From the NCBI RefSeq assembly GCF_009914755.1, contig NC_060929.1: a stretch of 64,000 nt of DNA. One strand, 5' to 3'. Of the stretch, positions 36,856 to 53,932 are shown one piece after another. A program made the position numbers and the translations under genes. This DNA is from the human T2T-CHM13v2.0 reference genome, Homo sapiens. The stretch's first letter is position 1, and each line of letters opens with the position of its first letter. The notes beneath the pieces are model-generated. The model was not told where the DNA came from. It saw only the letters and a program-made list of their open reading frames with translations, and searched no databases.

Positions 36856-37769
36856 CAGTTGATATTTCTGTTAACTTTCTCTTTAAGCATGGTGGTAAAA
36901 GCACTCACCAGCTGGAACTTTTCTTTCTAGATTATGTGTGGGAGTAACTGCCAAGTAGAGTAATCCCCTTGTCCCCTCCTCATCTTCAGTGCCTTCTCCT
37001 CTTCCCCCAGACAATAGAAAGGTAACTTGGGACTAGGTTTGGGGCCCAAGCCAGCTTTCTGAGCTCCCAGTTCCAAACACGTGTCTATTCCCTGGTGCCC
37101 TGGAACACCTGTGCCTGAGAAAAGCCCATGGGAGAACCGTGAGTCTGACTTTTCTTTTTATTCAGCTCTCAAGTCCAAGGCTGTAAAACCTGGGCCAGAG
37201 CTCTAGACAGGGGTGTGCCCTTGGTGCTTTGGGATCCAGCAAGGAGAGCCTTCCAGACCACAGGCTTTGTCCAAAATCAATCACTCTTTATCTGGGGCAC
37301 AATTGTGAATAGCCATCCCCATGCCAAAACTGGAGATTGCCAGGGCTTAAAAGGCCAATTAACATAACCCCAGGAGTTCTGAGTGCATTGCCATAAAAAC
37401 CAACGGCCCTGCTGCCTACTCCAATTCAGAGGCATCTTGACTCACAGGGCGCATGACTCAGACTACTCCAGGCAGATTTTAATAGGTTCTAGGAACATCT
37501 CCTCTCACTACTGTCTGAGGACAGGAGGCTCTGCTCAGGTGATAATTGCCTTGAACTCGAGTCTACTGAAAACTGGCAAGAAAATGCTGTTGTAGCCAGG
37601 GAGTTTTTAGTGCTTGAGAAGGCCAAAAGCAAAGCCAGGGATCATAGAGACACAGTAAAACCTGGTTTAACCACTGGGCTGGGAAATTGCATGGTCTCAG
37701 GAGACCACAGAGACTCCGCAGTCTTCCATGAAAAGTCCAGACGTACTTAGTAGGCAGGAAACCATAGAC

Positions 37770-37960
37770 GGGATTTAGTGTGATAGTTCCAAGTGGGACC
37801 TATAGTCTCAGACTTCTGGCTGCACCATCATAGGGAAGCTCCTAGCTTCTATGAGCCTCAGTTTACTCATCTTTAAAATGGAAGTAATCGTAGGTTGTTG
37901 GGAGGGTTAAACAAAAACAGCATAGTGTCTGGTAGGCAATAAATGTCTGATACATTAACT
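37770..37960 (+). mobile_element. MIR
   Basis: 'tatgagcctcagtttactcatctttaaaatgg...catagtgtctgg...caataaatgt'. Confidence 0.75.
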
Positions 37961-38219
37961 TTCTTCCTCTGCACTCAGTAGGGAGCCAAGATGAAGTCAA
38001 AGGTTGGTCAGGACACTCTTCCTGGACATTTATATTAGATAAAATATTGTCCTCTCTTCCCACCACTGACATCGAATCTAACAAAGAAAGACAAATAAAA
38101 TATATAAACTGCAATTGGAGGGTTGATTCTTTTATTGATGAGTAGCAAATTCTCTGCAGAACCCACAATACTTAAGCAGTACTCCAGGGCCACATGAAGA
38201 TACTGTTGGTGACTACTCA

Positions 38220-40010
38220 ACAAGCTTGCATTAAGCGCCTATGAAAAACAACCATATGGCTTAGACCTGCCCTCGGGAAGTTCACAGTCTAGGTGGGAAG
38301 ACACATTCAAACACATAATGTGGCTCTAGGGCAAAGGCTTGAATGCAGTCATGGTTAGTTAAACAAGCCTGTCTCAGAATCATCTGGCAAACTTGTTAAA
38401 ACACAAGTCCTAGACTCCATCCCCACTGATACTGGGTCAGGGATCATGCCCATGATCTTACATTTCTAGCAAACTCCAGTGATGCTGTTCTGCTATTTTA
38501 TGGCTGTTTGAGTAGCATCGTTATATTAGAAGTCAAAGTAATGGGATTATTTATAGAGGAGGGAAAGAGTAATTTCTTGCAGTAGGGAGGATGTTATCTG
38601 GAGTGACTTTATGGAGGAAGTACTGTAGTTTTTAATCAAAGCCTAGAAGTCTGGGTAGGATTTCAGCAGGCAGCAACTATAAGTGTCTTCACATAAATAA
38701 AATACTAACAAGTCAGGAAACAATGCAGAAATGCAGAATATATTCAGCAAGCAGAATAGCAGGGTGCATAAGTTGTGGAAGGCAGAGTGACAGAAAGCAA
38801 TGCTGGTCACTGGTTTCTAGAAGACCTTGAGTCTACTGACTGGGTGCTGAGGCAGAGGAGGTCAAGCTTATTTTGTAACTGACAGGGATCATGAAATATT
38901 TTTGAACATGGGAAGAATGTCATCAGTTCAATGACCTAATGCTTCATGTCTGAGTGTGAGATGGATTGGAGGAAGTGATGAGGAATGGGAAGACGATTTG
39001 GTCCACAGACTTATTAAAGTCTTTAAGTGATAAAGAGGTCATCTGGAAGCCTAACCTAGGCCAGTGGGAGTAGTAAGAAGGCATTAGACAGGAAGAGAAA
39101 GTGGAAGACATATCATCAGAATTTTAAAATTAAATTACACATGGTAGATGAGAGAGAGGAACAAGTCAAAAATGACCCTAAGGAGCAGAGACTGAGTACT
39201 GATGCCAGCAGAAGAGAAAGGAATTTTAGGGAAAGAAAGGATTCAACAAGGAAGATAGTGAGCTTGGTTTTGTACCTATCGAATTTGAGGTGCCTACAAG
39301 TTATCTAGTAGCTTGCATTGCAAGCCGAGGTTCAGTAGAGAGGCTGAGGCTGTGCAGACATTAAATATTTTTCATTATCTGAGTGTGTCATGCGGAAGTG
39401 ATTATGGAACCCAGGAGAGTAGATGACTTCATCAGGGAGTACACACAGAGTGAGGAGAAGATGAAGGCAACTGAACCTTAGGGAGTGTCTACATGTAACT
39501 GGTTGGTGGAAGAGCCTGCAGAGAAGACTCAGCAAGAATGGTCTGGGAGGCCCTGGGGAGGCAGCTGAATGCTGTGTTCAGAACAACAAGGGAGAAGACT
39601 TTGGCAGGGAGTGATTCGAAGAGTTAACTGCGACAGAAGCTGAGAAGGAGGAAAGAGAAGCCATTGGATGTGTGGCTCGGGACGTTCAGGGGTGCACTTT
39701 CCATGGCGGGGCAGGATCCAGGCTTCAGGGAGTCAGTAAGTAAACTGGGGTGAGGAAGTAGAGGAAGCGAGTGGTCAGTGGTGACAGAAAGAAAATGGGA
39801 CAGTAACTCGAGAGGGAGACAAGGTCATGGGAGGATTTGGTTGTTTTTTCAGGGTCTGGAGATGTGCATGTGTGTAGGCCAAGGGGAAGGAGCCCGTGGG
39901 AAGGGAAGGATTAAAGAGGTAGTAAGAAAGAGAGGAGGGGAGTGAGGCTGCGAGTCTGGGAAGGGTGGAGAGGCTGGGACGGAAAGCTCTGGGGCTGAAG
40001 GGCCACTTCA
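38220..40010 (-). mobile_element. Long L2 remnant with MER5A insertion at ~38345-38490
   Basis: Antisense L2 motifs 'gaatttgaggtgcct', 'gccattggatgtg', 'gtaactcgagagggagac'; MER5A 'tcagaatcatctgg...catttctagcaaactccagtgatgctg'. Confidence 0.75.
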
Positions 40011-41140
40011 GTATGAGGTCCTTTGGGTGTTCTGGCAACGAAACTGACTTGGACAAGGTCCAAGCAAGACTCTCCTTTCACTAAAGCAAACAGCATGGTG
40101 GCACTAACACTTCTCTGAGAAGCTCAAATACAGAGATGTCTCTTTTTCCCCCCAAGACCGGTCTTTCCACTTTCAAGCATTCAAAAAGGTCCAAAAGTTA
40201 AATTAGAGTTTCAATATTCTAATTTTCCAACAAATTTATTTCCTTCATGGGTTAGCCAAATCAAGGAGTCTTTTCCCTCACCTGGGTCCCCAAATTTAAT
40301 TAGCCAACTTCCTCCTTCCCTTCTGAGAGTCAGAAAATAGACTTTTTTTCTCTCCTTCCCCTCCTGGCTTTTGCTTATCTAAGCTAGGGTCCCCATGAGA
40401 GCTTTCAGCTGCTTTATTTCAGCTGGTCCCTCATAGCCACACTGACTCTGGTTAACCTTCTCTAGCTTCTCTGGGACCACTTTTAGGAAAGTTTGCTAGG
40501 TATTCTGACCTACTAATAGGTCCCTTAAGGGGAAGTCCACACCATCACAGTAGATCTTACTACCTAACACCTAGTGAAATCCTAGGCTTTGCTGAGCTCA
40601 GCCAAGACACCACAGGAAACACATGGTCTGGGGTTCCCAGAGAGATTGTCTATATCTCAAAGAATAATGCTAAACAGACAGAATACAAAACTATCTGGAA
40701 TAGAAGGCTTTGGGGTTTTAAAGAGCCCACTTTTTGTTTTTTCTAAAAATTTGTTTGGGAGGGATTAGCTTTGTGACTAAGCATAGGAAATAGATGAAAT
40801 GTGTTTCCTAGATTTCATCTTATTCTTAGGTAGTATTATGGCATTATTAATCTCACCATGGCATTGTTCCACATGCTAGTGCTTTTTAAAAAGCATGTCA
40901 TTAGTTTGAGTGACAGAAACATGTTCTGCACCCTTCATAGATATTCAATATCTCTGTTCTTAAAACATTTTCTTAAACATCAAGTTCTGTTCCATAACAT
41001 TTACAGAAACACAGCACTGAAAATTGTAACTGTCTCATCTTTCATGGTAAATTGAAGATTTCAGGAGAAAGAAAATGACCAAACACGATTATAAAAATGG
41101 CAAGTGGGACATAAACTTCTGCTCTAAGGCATAGTTTCAA

Positions 41141-43516
<2,376 letters not shown>

Positions 43517-43959
43517 AAACTGAAGCCGGCAAACCGAATCAAAACATTTTTATAACACGAATATGAAGAGTTTATTTCCTACTGTCTTTAATTTTTGTTT
43601 CAGCCTTTAAAATAATATTCATGGAAATTTGTGAGAATATGGATTTAATAAAATATAGAGAATAAACTGTGCTTTAAAATTAGAAATGGAGTAATATATA
43701 TTATTGCATTTTTTGGTGTAATTGTGTTGCTATCAAGTCTTTATTCTATTTTCAAAAGTATTCGTCTGTCAATCCTTATGTTGCAGTAATAAAAAAATTT
43801 AATATCTGCTCGTGAAATATAATAATCATTTTGCCTGAGTGGATGTAACCACTAACCAAAGTGACCCGGTGAGCATGTAAGGAAAAGAGTTTGCCCGTTT
43901 ATGCTGCTTCACATCTTCCAGTGTGAAGAGCAGGTTCATATGGAGGCTACACACAGATG

Positions 43960-44125
43960 CTAGAGTCAGACTGGTTTAAATCACAGCTCTGTGTGACCTT
44001 CATCAATATACTTGCTAACCCGCTGTCTCGGATTCCTCTTCTGTAATATGGGGATTATAAAATAGTAATCTACCTGAAACGGTGTGGCGACTAAATAATT
44101 TAATGTTGGCAGAGTGCTGCAACAG
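43960..44125 (+). mobile_element. MIR
   Basis: 'agagtcagactggtttaaatcacagctctgtgtgacctt...ttcctcttctgtaatatggggattataa'. Confidence 0.75.
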
Positions 44126-44127
44126 AC

Positions 44128-44920
<793 letters not shown>

Positions 44921-46329
44921 GTACTTCAAATAGTGCTTGGCACTATGTTAGCAATTATTAAGGATTAAAACAATCAAATTATTTGGTCTAAGTCAGATGT
45001 ATAAATTGGAGACTTTATTGTTTAGAATGGAGTGACTTGCACGTTCGTCATCAGAGCTGATAAATAACTGCTTCCACATCAGCTTGTCTTTATAATTATT
45101 TTTCTTTCAATGGGAATGCTTAAAGAAAGCCCATTTCAGAGTTGTCAGGGAACAGTTTGAACAAGGACAGAGGGTGTCCAGCACAACTGGGGAATGCGAG
45201 GCCTGACTCCATAGCCGATGAGCAGGCAGGGTTACAGGTGTCCTAGGTTTCAGAGTCTTGGAACAGAGCAGGAGAAGGGGCAAAGCAGCAGGTACTGGGA
45301 GGAGCTATGGTTCAGCTCTCCCTCATTTCTTGACAGACAGGAAGAGGTTTGTACCCTGGGGTACTTTAGCTGCTTGAAGTAACCAGGTCTTAGGCATTGT
45401 TTTGTTCAAATCAAGATACAGGAAACTTCTCTCAATATTGAAAAAAGAGAGAAAAGGCAACGGGGAAAAAAAAGGAGGGAAAGGATGGGAGCTTTAGCTA
45501 TCAGAAAGAGAAGACTCTTCCTGTGTAGCACGGGAGAGAAGGGAATTATCTAGATTTAGGAGAGTGGACAGAGGCAGAACTCAGACAAATTTAACTGCTA
45601 AAATGCTCATGTGTGCTACAAGGGCAGGAAGTATCCCCCTGGGAATGTGTTACTGTTGAGGAGAAAGGCCATCAGCAAACCTAAAGGGGCCATGTTGCAG
45701 GAGCAAAGCCCCCACAAAGGAACTAAGCTGCAAGCCCTTAGGTGGCAGTATATGCCAGAAGGGACAGCCAAAACAGGCAGCTGGGCCTAGGAATTTTATC
45801 TTCAAAAATCCAAATGCAGTCTTGAAGAAGTTATCTCCCATCTCCTATCTCAAGATGGAAAATCAAAGCCACCATGCATCAGTTTGCAGCTGTGTAACGC
45901 CCATTTGGTCAATAGCCACCTCTGGCTTTGTTTCCTGGAAGCTGTGCAATCATCACCGCTATCATTTAGGGCTGATAATTTTGAGACACCTGTGTCCAGA
46001 TAAAAATCTGGTCTCCTGGGATTTAGAACCAGACATTGATTTTCTTTACTACCAGGATCACTCACAGGATAAAGTAAGACAATGGCCAGGAGGGAAGATG
46101 GGTTCATCTGGATATTAGGCACTAAGGTTGGCTGCATCACTGCGATGGAAGATACAGGAGAGGCACTTCTAAGGGTCTCAAGTCCATTCTGACAAGCCTT
46201 CTTGGTAAAATTCCAGGCCAAAAGAGGAGGCAGGAGGATTCTCTGGAGCTCTGGCTAGTATTTAGCAAGGCCCATCTTCCTAGGCCTTGAGTTCACTGCC
46301 TTGGAGTGACACACCATGTTTTGGAAGAG

Positions 46330-46505
46330 GTTTTAAGGTTAACCGTGCACTTTTTCACATTATTTTGGTCAGCCCTCAAAATAATGATGTTATTTCTTCT
46401 TTTTTATTTAAAATGAGAAAACTGAGACTCAGAAAATTTAACACCGTTAGGAAGTGGCAAAGTAAGCATTTCGACCCTGGCCATTGGCTTAAGAGTCTGG
46501 TGTTC
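46330..46505 (-). mobile_element. MIR
   Basis: 'aatgagaaaactgagactcagaaaattt...gaagtggcaaag...ttcgaccctgg'. Confidence 0.75.
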
Positions 46506-46599
46506 TTCATCAGAGAAAAAAAGCACAGCCCTACTGTGAATATGTTCTCAGAGAATGTATCTTTTAGCATAGGACTTGTCATTTTCATCTTTTGATTTA

Positions 46600-47115
46600 T
46601 TCCTTGAATACTATTTGCATGTTTGAAAATCCAAAACGGGTAAAACACTCCATACCATCCTTGTCCCTCATCTGCCATGCTCTTTCTTTCCAGCGCCATG
46701 GTAACCACTATTCTTAGTTTCTTCCATAGTCTCTTTATGTTCTATCAGGAAGCATGAGCTTCTTTTCTTCTTACTTCTTTTACACAAAAGTTACCATGTT
46801 ATAAACAATGTTTAATACCTTCCTTTTTTCAATTAACTATATATCCTAGAGCTCTTTCTGTATCATTTTATAGGAAGCTTTCTCATTCTTCTTTATAGTT
46901 TATAGTATTCTCTTGTATGGATGTTCTATAATTTATTGAATCAGTTCTCTATTGATAAAAACTTGGGTTGTTTCCTATTTTTTACTACAAAACGCTCCAA
47001 GGAACAACCTTGTACATTCATCCTTTAGTACATATACAAGTATATCTGTAGGTTACTTTTCTGAAAGAAGAATCGCTGTAGAAAAATGTTTATGTATTTA
47101 TAATTTTTGTGGATA
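46600..47115 (-). mobile_element. Old L1M (L1MC/ME) 3' fragment
   Basis: 'ggtaaccactattcttagtttc...gtatggatgttctataatttatt...ttgggttgtttcc'. Confidence 0.75.
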
Positions 47116-47469
47116 GTCATCAGAAATTGATAAAGCCAAAAACTAAACACAAAGCCATTTCATCCCTCATACCAGGGTTTAATAATTGGTTTACCAAGGA
47201 CACACCCAACTAATGAGGACTCCAGCTCAGTTCCTTTATGAATTGAGTAAATACTGAGTTGGCCCCAAGGCCATTCTTCAGAGCAGATTCTTCCAGGGCT
47301 CTTATCTTTGACTTTGGGTTCTCTCTCATTTTTTTTTTTCTTTCGGTAGATGCTCTAAGGCAAGAAAATTGGAGACTTTTTTGAAATTCTTCCTCTTGTC
47401 CTTCAGATACATCATACTGGAAAACAGCTGAGACAAGCATATCTCTGCAACTGGCCTTAGTGAAACAGA

Positions 47470-47680
47470 AAAATCACAGGCTCTGGGGTCAGAAAGACCT
47501 AAATTTGAATATTGGTTTTCTCACTTTTTAAATGCATGATCTTGGGTGGGAATTTTAACCTCTCCAAGTCATGCTTCTTTCATGTGGGGAAGAGAAAAAA
47601 AATACTTGAACCTATCAAAAATGGTGTGGTGAGGTTAAAGATAATGTGTGAAAAACACACTAAGGACTCAATGGATATTT
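47470..47680 (+). mobile_element. MIR
   Basis: 'ggctctggggtcagaaagacct...ttaacctctcc...gtgaggttaaagataatg'. Confidence 0.75.
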
Positions 47681-49004
47681 TCTGTTATTTTGTAAAATTG
47701 TCCTAAAATACATGCTTATAAATTCTTTTATATCAGTGTCGCTGGGGGCCTAGGACCAGCCTCTACCTGCATCTACATGAATGACTCATAACCTCAGCTT
47801 CCAAACCATCTCATTATTGACGGTTTGCCTCTTGGTAAGCAGTTGAGGAGTGGTTTTCCACATCCCGCTGATGACACAGTGTTCCTCATGATATGGCTGC
47901 ATTAGGCTCCAACCACACTTGTAACATCAAAGCACCCTGGCTCATCAATTAGTCAGGAAGCAATTTTTCACCATTTGGTCCAGCACCTAAGCTGGCTCTT
48001 AAAAAGCACCAAGGTTTATCTAGGGTCAGATGGCTTAGAAATCCTACAAATAGGGCCACCCACAGCCACATAGTTTTGTGACAGGTGTCTGGACTCACAA
48101 GAAGCAAAGACCCACAGAACACAGAGCAGACATTTTCAGCTCTGATCTGAGAGCTGCTGTTTCCAAGTCTGCAGATTTATCATTTTATTATTTCTTGACA
48201 CCCAAATGAGCACACGAAGGTCTGTGTCTTCCTGGTGAAGGAAAGAGGCTCTTTGAAACAGACAACTCTGGTGATGGCAGTAATGCGATGATGGATTATC
48301 TTTATGTTTCCTCATTCCCTGAATCCATTAAAAGAGGGGAGTTGAATTCTATCTTATCAAGATCCTCTTTCCTTAATTACTTTTTAAATGACTGAAATGA
48401 AAATTTGCAAACAAGGCACGTGTTAGGTATTCCTCTCATCTTCAGCCTATCCCTGACACCGTCCCAACTTCTGCCTTTCAAAGTAATCCAGCAGCAAAGA
48501 TGTTCTAAAGTGTGAGTCACTCACAGATTGTTCAGGGGGCTGAAGGAAAATCTGCTAATGGGATTTGCAGTTCTACACCAGAAAATAATGAGATAGGAAA
48601 TGGGCAATGTGTACGTGATTCTTCCATGTCATTCAGAATAATGAGATCTTGGAGCAGCTTCTTCCTGAATTGAAATCATTGACAATGTATTTGCATATTC
48701 ATTTTTGGATACTTTGATTTAAAAGTCAGTTATGGAAGAAGTCAGTCTAACATCTGAGAATTGTAGGTACTTGAAAAGAAAAGAAAAATTCTATCCTACG
48801 ATTATCTCTTTCCTCAATGTTTCTTAGGACCTTGAAGAAGAGGTTGAGGGAACACAAACATTTGGGTTATATTTTTAAAACTTAAAAATAAAGATTTGTG
48901 GAGAGAATATTGACCTATAACATTTGCAGCTTTTGCCTTTTATTATCAAGGGTTTGTTAAAGCCCATCGTATCATCATGAAGATTTGAGTAGAAATGTTC
49001 TTAT

Positions 49005-49125
49005 GCCTGTACTGTGCAATACAGTAGCCACTAGCCACATGTGCTATTTGAATTTAAATTAATTAAAATTAAACCAGATTAAAACATTAGGTCCTTGGTA
49101 GCACTAACCACATTTCTAGTGTGCC
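49005..49125. mobile_element. MER3 fragment (hAT-Charlie)
   Basis: 'ctgtgcaatacagtagccactagccacatgtgctatttgaattt'. Confidence 0.75.
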
Positions 49126-50004
49126 TGGTGGATGATACAACTCCTGGGTGTAGAAAGTGGCAGGCGTTTGTGTGAATGAATGAAATCTCCCAGGCTGAAT
49201 GTGATGGAGGCTTCTACAATGATTAATCAACTAAGCAGCCTCTTTTTCCTCCTTAATAACTTGGAGTTTTACTCGTCCTTCCTCCATAACATCTCTCTCT
49301 AACCATGGCTAGCTGTGGAGAAAGAGGCTTGCAAATTAAAGTTCATGCATTCATGGTTCAAGACCTAGTTAAGCATAAGTGGGTTATCTGTAGTAATCAA
49401 TCCTTCTGAATCACCAAGTTTATCCAAATTTCTTGATTCAGAAAAAAATCAAGTCACATCACCAATGGAGTGGCTTTGGGAGATTATGTTCTCCCTAAAA
49501 AGAAAAATGCATCAGTTTTGCATATTGATGTTATTCAATTTACAAGCATAGGCAAATATAGCACCATTTGAAATAACACAAGATTTGGGTTAGATATATG
49601 CAAAAACAAGCAAGCAAACAAAACTTAATAGTCCACGTTTTCTGATTATGAGTTCATTCTCAAGTCTTGATGATTTAAGTCAACCTCACCCTTGATGCAA
49701 AGCAATAATTATGGGTTTTGTTGGTAAAATCAAGTCATCATTCAATATTCATGTGCTCTTTCAGAGAAATCTCTTAGGCAGTTAATGTTATTTCTCCCTC
49801 CCTCTCTATCCTTCCTCCCAACCCCACCAACCATCAGCATTGTTATTCCAGCAGATACAATCAAAATGTACACCACCAAAGGAAGTCTTAGAAGAACAAA
49901 AAAGGCTTAAGGCTTAAACATGAATATCAATGTGAATCATTCTATGAGCTTCGTCTGGGGGGACAAAAGAGGTAGAACAGACTTATTTGATGTACATAAA
50001 ATGA

Positions 50005-50200
50005 TTAACTTTTACGGGACTTATTCCCTACCAGGCACTGTTCCATATACTCCGTACGTACCAACTATCACAGCAGCCCCCTTTCTCTGATGAAGAAACT
50101 GAGATAGGGAGAGGTTAAACAATTGCACTCAAGTTACCATAACCAAGCTACAAAAAAGGCAGTTTAGGACCACTGACTGTACTCTTAACCTTGAGGCCAA
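50005..50200 (-). mobile_element. MIR
   Basis: 'ccaggcactgttc...gatgaagaaactgagatagggagaggttaaacaattgc'. Confidence 0.7.
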
Positions 50201-51984
50201 ATGCTGTGTCTACTTAAGTACCTGGGCTGGGGCTGCCTCCTTTGTCCCGAGTACAGCCTGATAGAATGGGCTGGCTTCTGGAGCTATGGGAGGGCCTCAA
50301 AATACAGTCAGCCCTGTGGCATGTATCACTGACTTATCTGGAAGGTATAAGGTGAGCTGAGGAACCACTGCGATACTCACTTCCAGTCTCCCCCCACCGG
50401 GGCTGCTTTTGTTGGTCAGATGTGGAAGGGAAAGCTACCTTCTCTACCGCCTTTGATCAGACCTAGGCCACAGTGTGAAGAGGAGAGTGTGCCTGCTTCT
50501 TAGAGAAAGCTAGGAGACGAATGTTCCCAGTCCTGCTAGCACACTCTTTGCAGGCTCTTTGGTGGGCTTGGGATAACCCAGCACTCCTGAAGGCTACAGG
50601 GTGTGCTTTGTCTCCTAGACACAGAAAACTCTTTGGCAGCGTCTTAGCCTGGGTCCACAGTGCCCCTTGGGTAAGATGAGGGTAAACAGGCTCCAAGGTC
50701 CAAAACATGTCTGCTATTAAGCCCCATATTAATTTAATTAATTAAAACCTAAGATATAGTTGAGAAAGAAAAGCAAAAGGCTTTCCTTTGTAGGAGCACC
50801 AAGTTAACCTATTGCTAGTCGCCTCTTGGGCACACAAATGAAAGCACAATGCCATAAACAGCAGTCCAGTCAGGACGCTTGGTCAGCTCATCATCCAGCT
50901 TCTTTATGGTGGGGAGCTGCTATGAATGGCAGAGCAGCCCTGGGGTGGTATGTGGCTGGGAATTGACTCCCCTACCCTTTATCTGCAGCAGAGTAACTGA
51001 CAGAAGGTAGGGTTACGGGGCCAGATAGAAGGGGAGATTCCTTTCCCTGTGCTGCCTGGGTGGTCTTTTTGTCCCTATCTTCCTGGAAAAGATGATTAGA
51101 TACAGTTCTGGGGTGGGAAGGAACCCACCCGCATTGTTGCTTTGCAGATAAGAAAACTGAAACTTGAAGTGGTAAAATGACATGCCCAAGGTCAGTTAAA
51201 TGTCAGAGATTATGATCATTGATGTCATCCAAAGAAAACTCCAATTTTCTTCCAAGCTATGAAGTGGAACCAATTTGTAATACAGCTTTCTCAAAGGGCT
51301 GAAATCCTATTTCTTAAAGCCTCAGTTTATGTTGTTCATGCATTGAGCACTTGGGACAGAGGGAATTGAGGCAGAGGAAATTTTTTTATTATTATTTATA
51401 ATAGAAACTCCACTGTCTAAAGGGATTTGAGGTGGCTTGTAATGAAAGGCAGACATATCATAAAGCTGTAAAAATATTTTAAAAGGAGAAAAAAAGTTGA
51501 AGGTTAGGAAAAAAATCTGTATCAAACCCCTAAGTTAAAGGCAGCCAAGGGGAACAGTATGAGTAACTCAATTCTCACTGCCTGTTGAAAGGAAGCGTAG
51601 TAATGCTTAGCTACAACATTCTTGGAGAAAAGTTAGTTGGTTAGCTTACTATTATTCTCTACTAATTCTGGAGGGTCTTTTTAAAAATTTTAATTTATTC
51701 AGGGATAGGGCTCTGGGCCAGATTGATGCTCTGATTCTTAATGACATAATGGATAGCCCCAGAAGCAGGTGCCAGAAGGCATTACTATCATGGCTTCACT
51801 ATTACTCTGAGACACTATTTTTATTGTGCACTATTTTAACCCCATATTAATGACTGTAGATTTTACCTGGGCACATGTATTGTCACCTAATTATTTAGTT
51901 GTCTTTTTACAGACTGTCAAGGTCTTTACTTCTTAACACAAGGACATGCCAAGGCAGGACTGCAAGACAGGGAGACCTCGTCAG

Positions 51985-52560
51985 AATTCATTCATCTGAG
52001 TTCAACAGCATGTATTGAGTACCCACTGCATGCCCCAACCTTGCTAAGGAGCAAGGGATAAAAATGTGAGCTGAGCCTGATTTACAGGCAAAGATTCAAT
52101 GATTTATAATACAATATGATGACATCATATGATAACAGTGATCAGAATGATGTGTTTTAGGAATGCAATAGAAAAAGGACAGATTCTGCCCAGAGACATT
52201 GGAGGTAGGTTACCAGGGGAGGTAATGTTTTATTCATTCTTTTAACAAATATTGAGTATATATTTTCTTCCAGATACTATGTTGGGTGCTGAGATTATCA
52301 AAGCAGTCATGTTCTCTATTTTCATGGAACTTGAAGTAATAGCCTATTTATACATGGAGAAAAAGACTCATAGTGTATTGCAGAGAAAAAAGTATTGCAG
52401 AGAAAAAAAGAGCTCTATGAGCAAAGATGAGAGGGACATGCAAGCTAAAGGGTGACCAGATAATGTGTGGGGCATGAGGACACTTGAACTGTATCACATA
52501 CACAATGGGGAGATGGCAAAGGTCTTAGGGAGTGGCATGATCATATTTGTACTTTAAGAG
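51985..52560 (-). mobile_element. L2 fragments
   Basis: 'attcattcatc...tattgagtacccactgcatgcc' and 'attcattctttaacaaatattgagta'-like 3' tails. Confidence 0.7.
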
Positions 52561-53630
52561 TTAGCCACAAAGATTTAATTACATAAAAAATAAAACCATA
52601 AAAGTACTAGAAAAAAACATAGGTAAGTATATACTTTTAACTTGGGGAAAAGCTTTCAACATATGGCATCGAAAAGTTAAAACCACACAGAAAAGAGGGA
52701 TAGATTTGAATATATAAAGATTTAAAAGTAAACCACAAAACCACTAAAGTTAAAAGGATAAAAGTTTTAAAAAAAGTAAAAAGGACAAATTGGGGGATAT
52801 TCAATAGCCTTGATATAGAAATGACTCATACATACAAACAAGAAAAAGAAAATGCCTTATAGAACAAAAATAAGATATTTGCAAAAGGAGATATTCAAAA
52901 GTTTCCCCCAAAAAACAACAGATGAAAAATGTTCAAACTCACTAGTAATCTAAACAAATTAAAATAGGTAGCTATCATTCTTTACTTACCAGATCAAACA
53001 AAGATTTAAAAAGAATACAGTAATGCCAGCGTTAGTGAAGGACTAGAAGAACAGACTCTTAAGTACTACCTGTATATGAGTGGTTTAGAAGACCAATTTG
53101 TAACAAATGTCAGAATTCTTAAAAATTAATAGATATACTGATTTAACAAATTTACTTTTAGGAATATATCCTAAGGAAGTTGGCCAACTCACAAAAAAAT
53201 TTTTTTCCAAATGGCTCATTTCAATGTTGTTTGTAATAGCTAAACAAAATACAAAAAAACACAACAACACAAACAACAACAAAAACCCACAAAACAATGT
53301 AGATGCCTAACCCTGAAACAAAGGATTGGTTAAAAAATACAAAGGCACTGCCACCCACTCAGACGCTATGTAGCCATTAAAAATAATATGAATCTATACT
53401 TACTGACATGGAAATTTACCCATAATATATTGTTAACAAAGAATAGAAGGTTACAGAGAATTATAGCAGGATATCATTTTTGAAAATAGTTATTTTATGT
53501 ACATAAAAAATCCAGTAGGAAAGACAAAATATTGTATCATTTTTCTGATTGTAGTTTTTTTCATTCTGCTCATTTTTATTTTCTCATTTTTCTACATCAA
53601 ACATGGATTAATACAAAAATAATTCAATCA
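52560..53630 (+). mobile_element. Old L1ME (ORF2 end and 3'UTR)
   Basis: 'aaaccataaaagtactagaa', 'atgttcaaactcactagtaatc', 'ttttaggaatatatcctaagg', 'tatgtagccattaaaaat'. Confidence 0.8.
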
Positions 53631-53736
53631 TTATAACATATTAAAGGTGATTAGCCTCAGGCACAAAAGATGAAGGGCATTCAGGAGGCATTTGCCATAA
53701 ACCGGGAAAGAAATGAGAAAGGCTTGTGCTGGACTC

Positions 53737-53932
53737 CAGTGGTTTCCAGTCCTAGCTGTACTTTAGAAATACCTAGGGAGGTATTAAAAAGTACTCATTT
53801 CAGGCACAACACAGACTAATTAATTTAGAGTCTCTGGGATGGTACCTTGACACTGGTATGTTTTAACGTCTGCCCCCTGCCTTGCCCCAAGTGACTCTAA
53901 AATGTGCAGGTGGAGATAAGTCCACTACTCTA
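53737..53932. mobile_element. MER5-type MITE
   Basis: 'cagtggtttccagtcctagctgtactttagaaatacctagggag...caagtgactctaa...ccactactcta'. Confidence 0.75.

Noticed and set aside
51395-51780. Possible L4/RTE-X relic ('aagggatttgaggtggcttg')
   Set aside because: Only one short motif recognised; boundaries cannot be supported without an HMM search.
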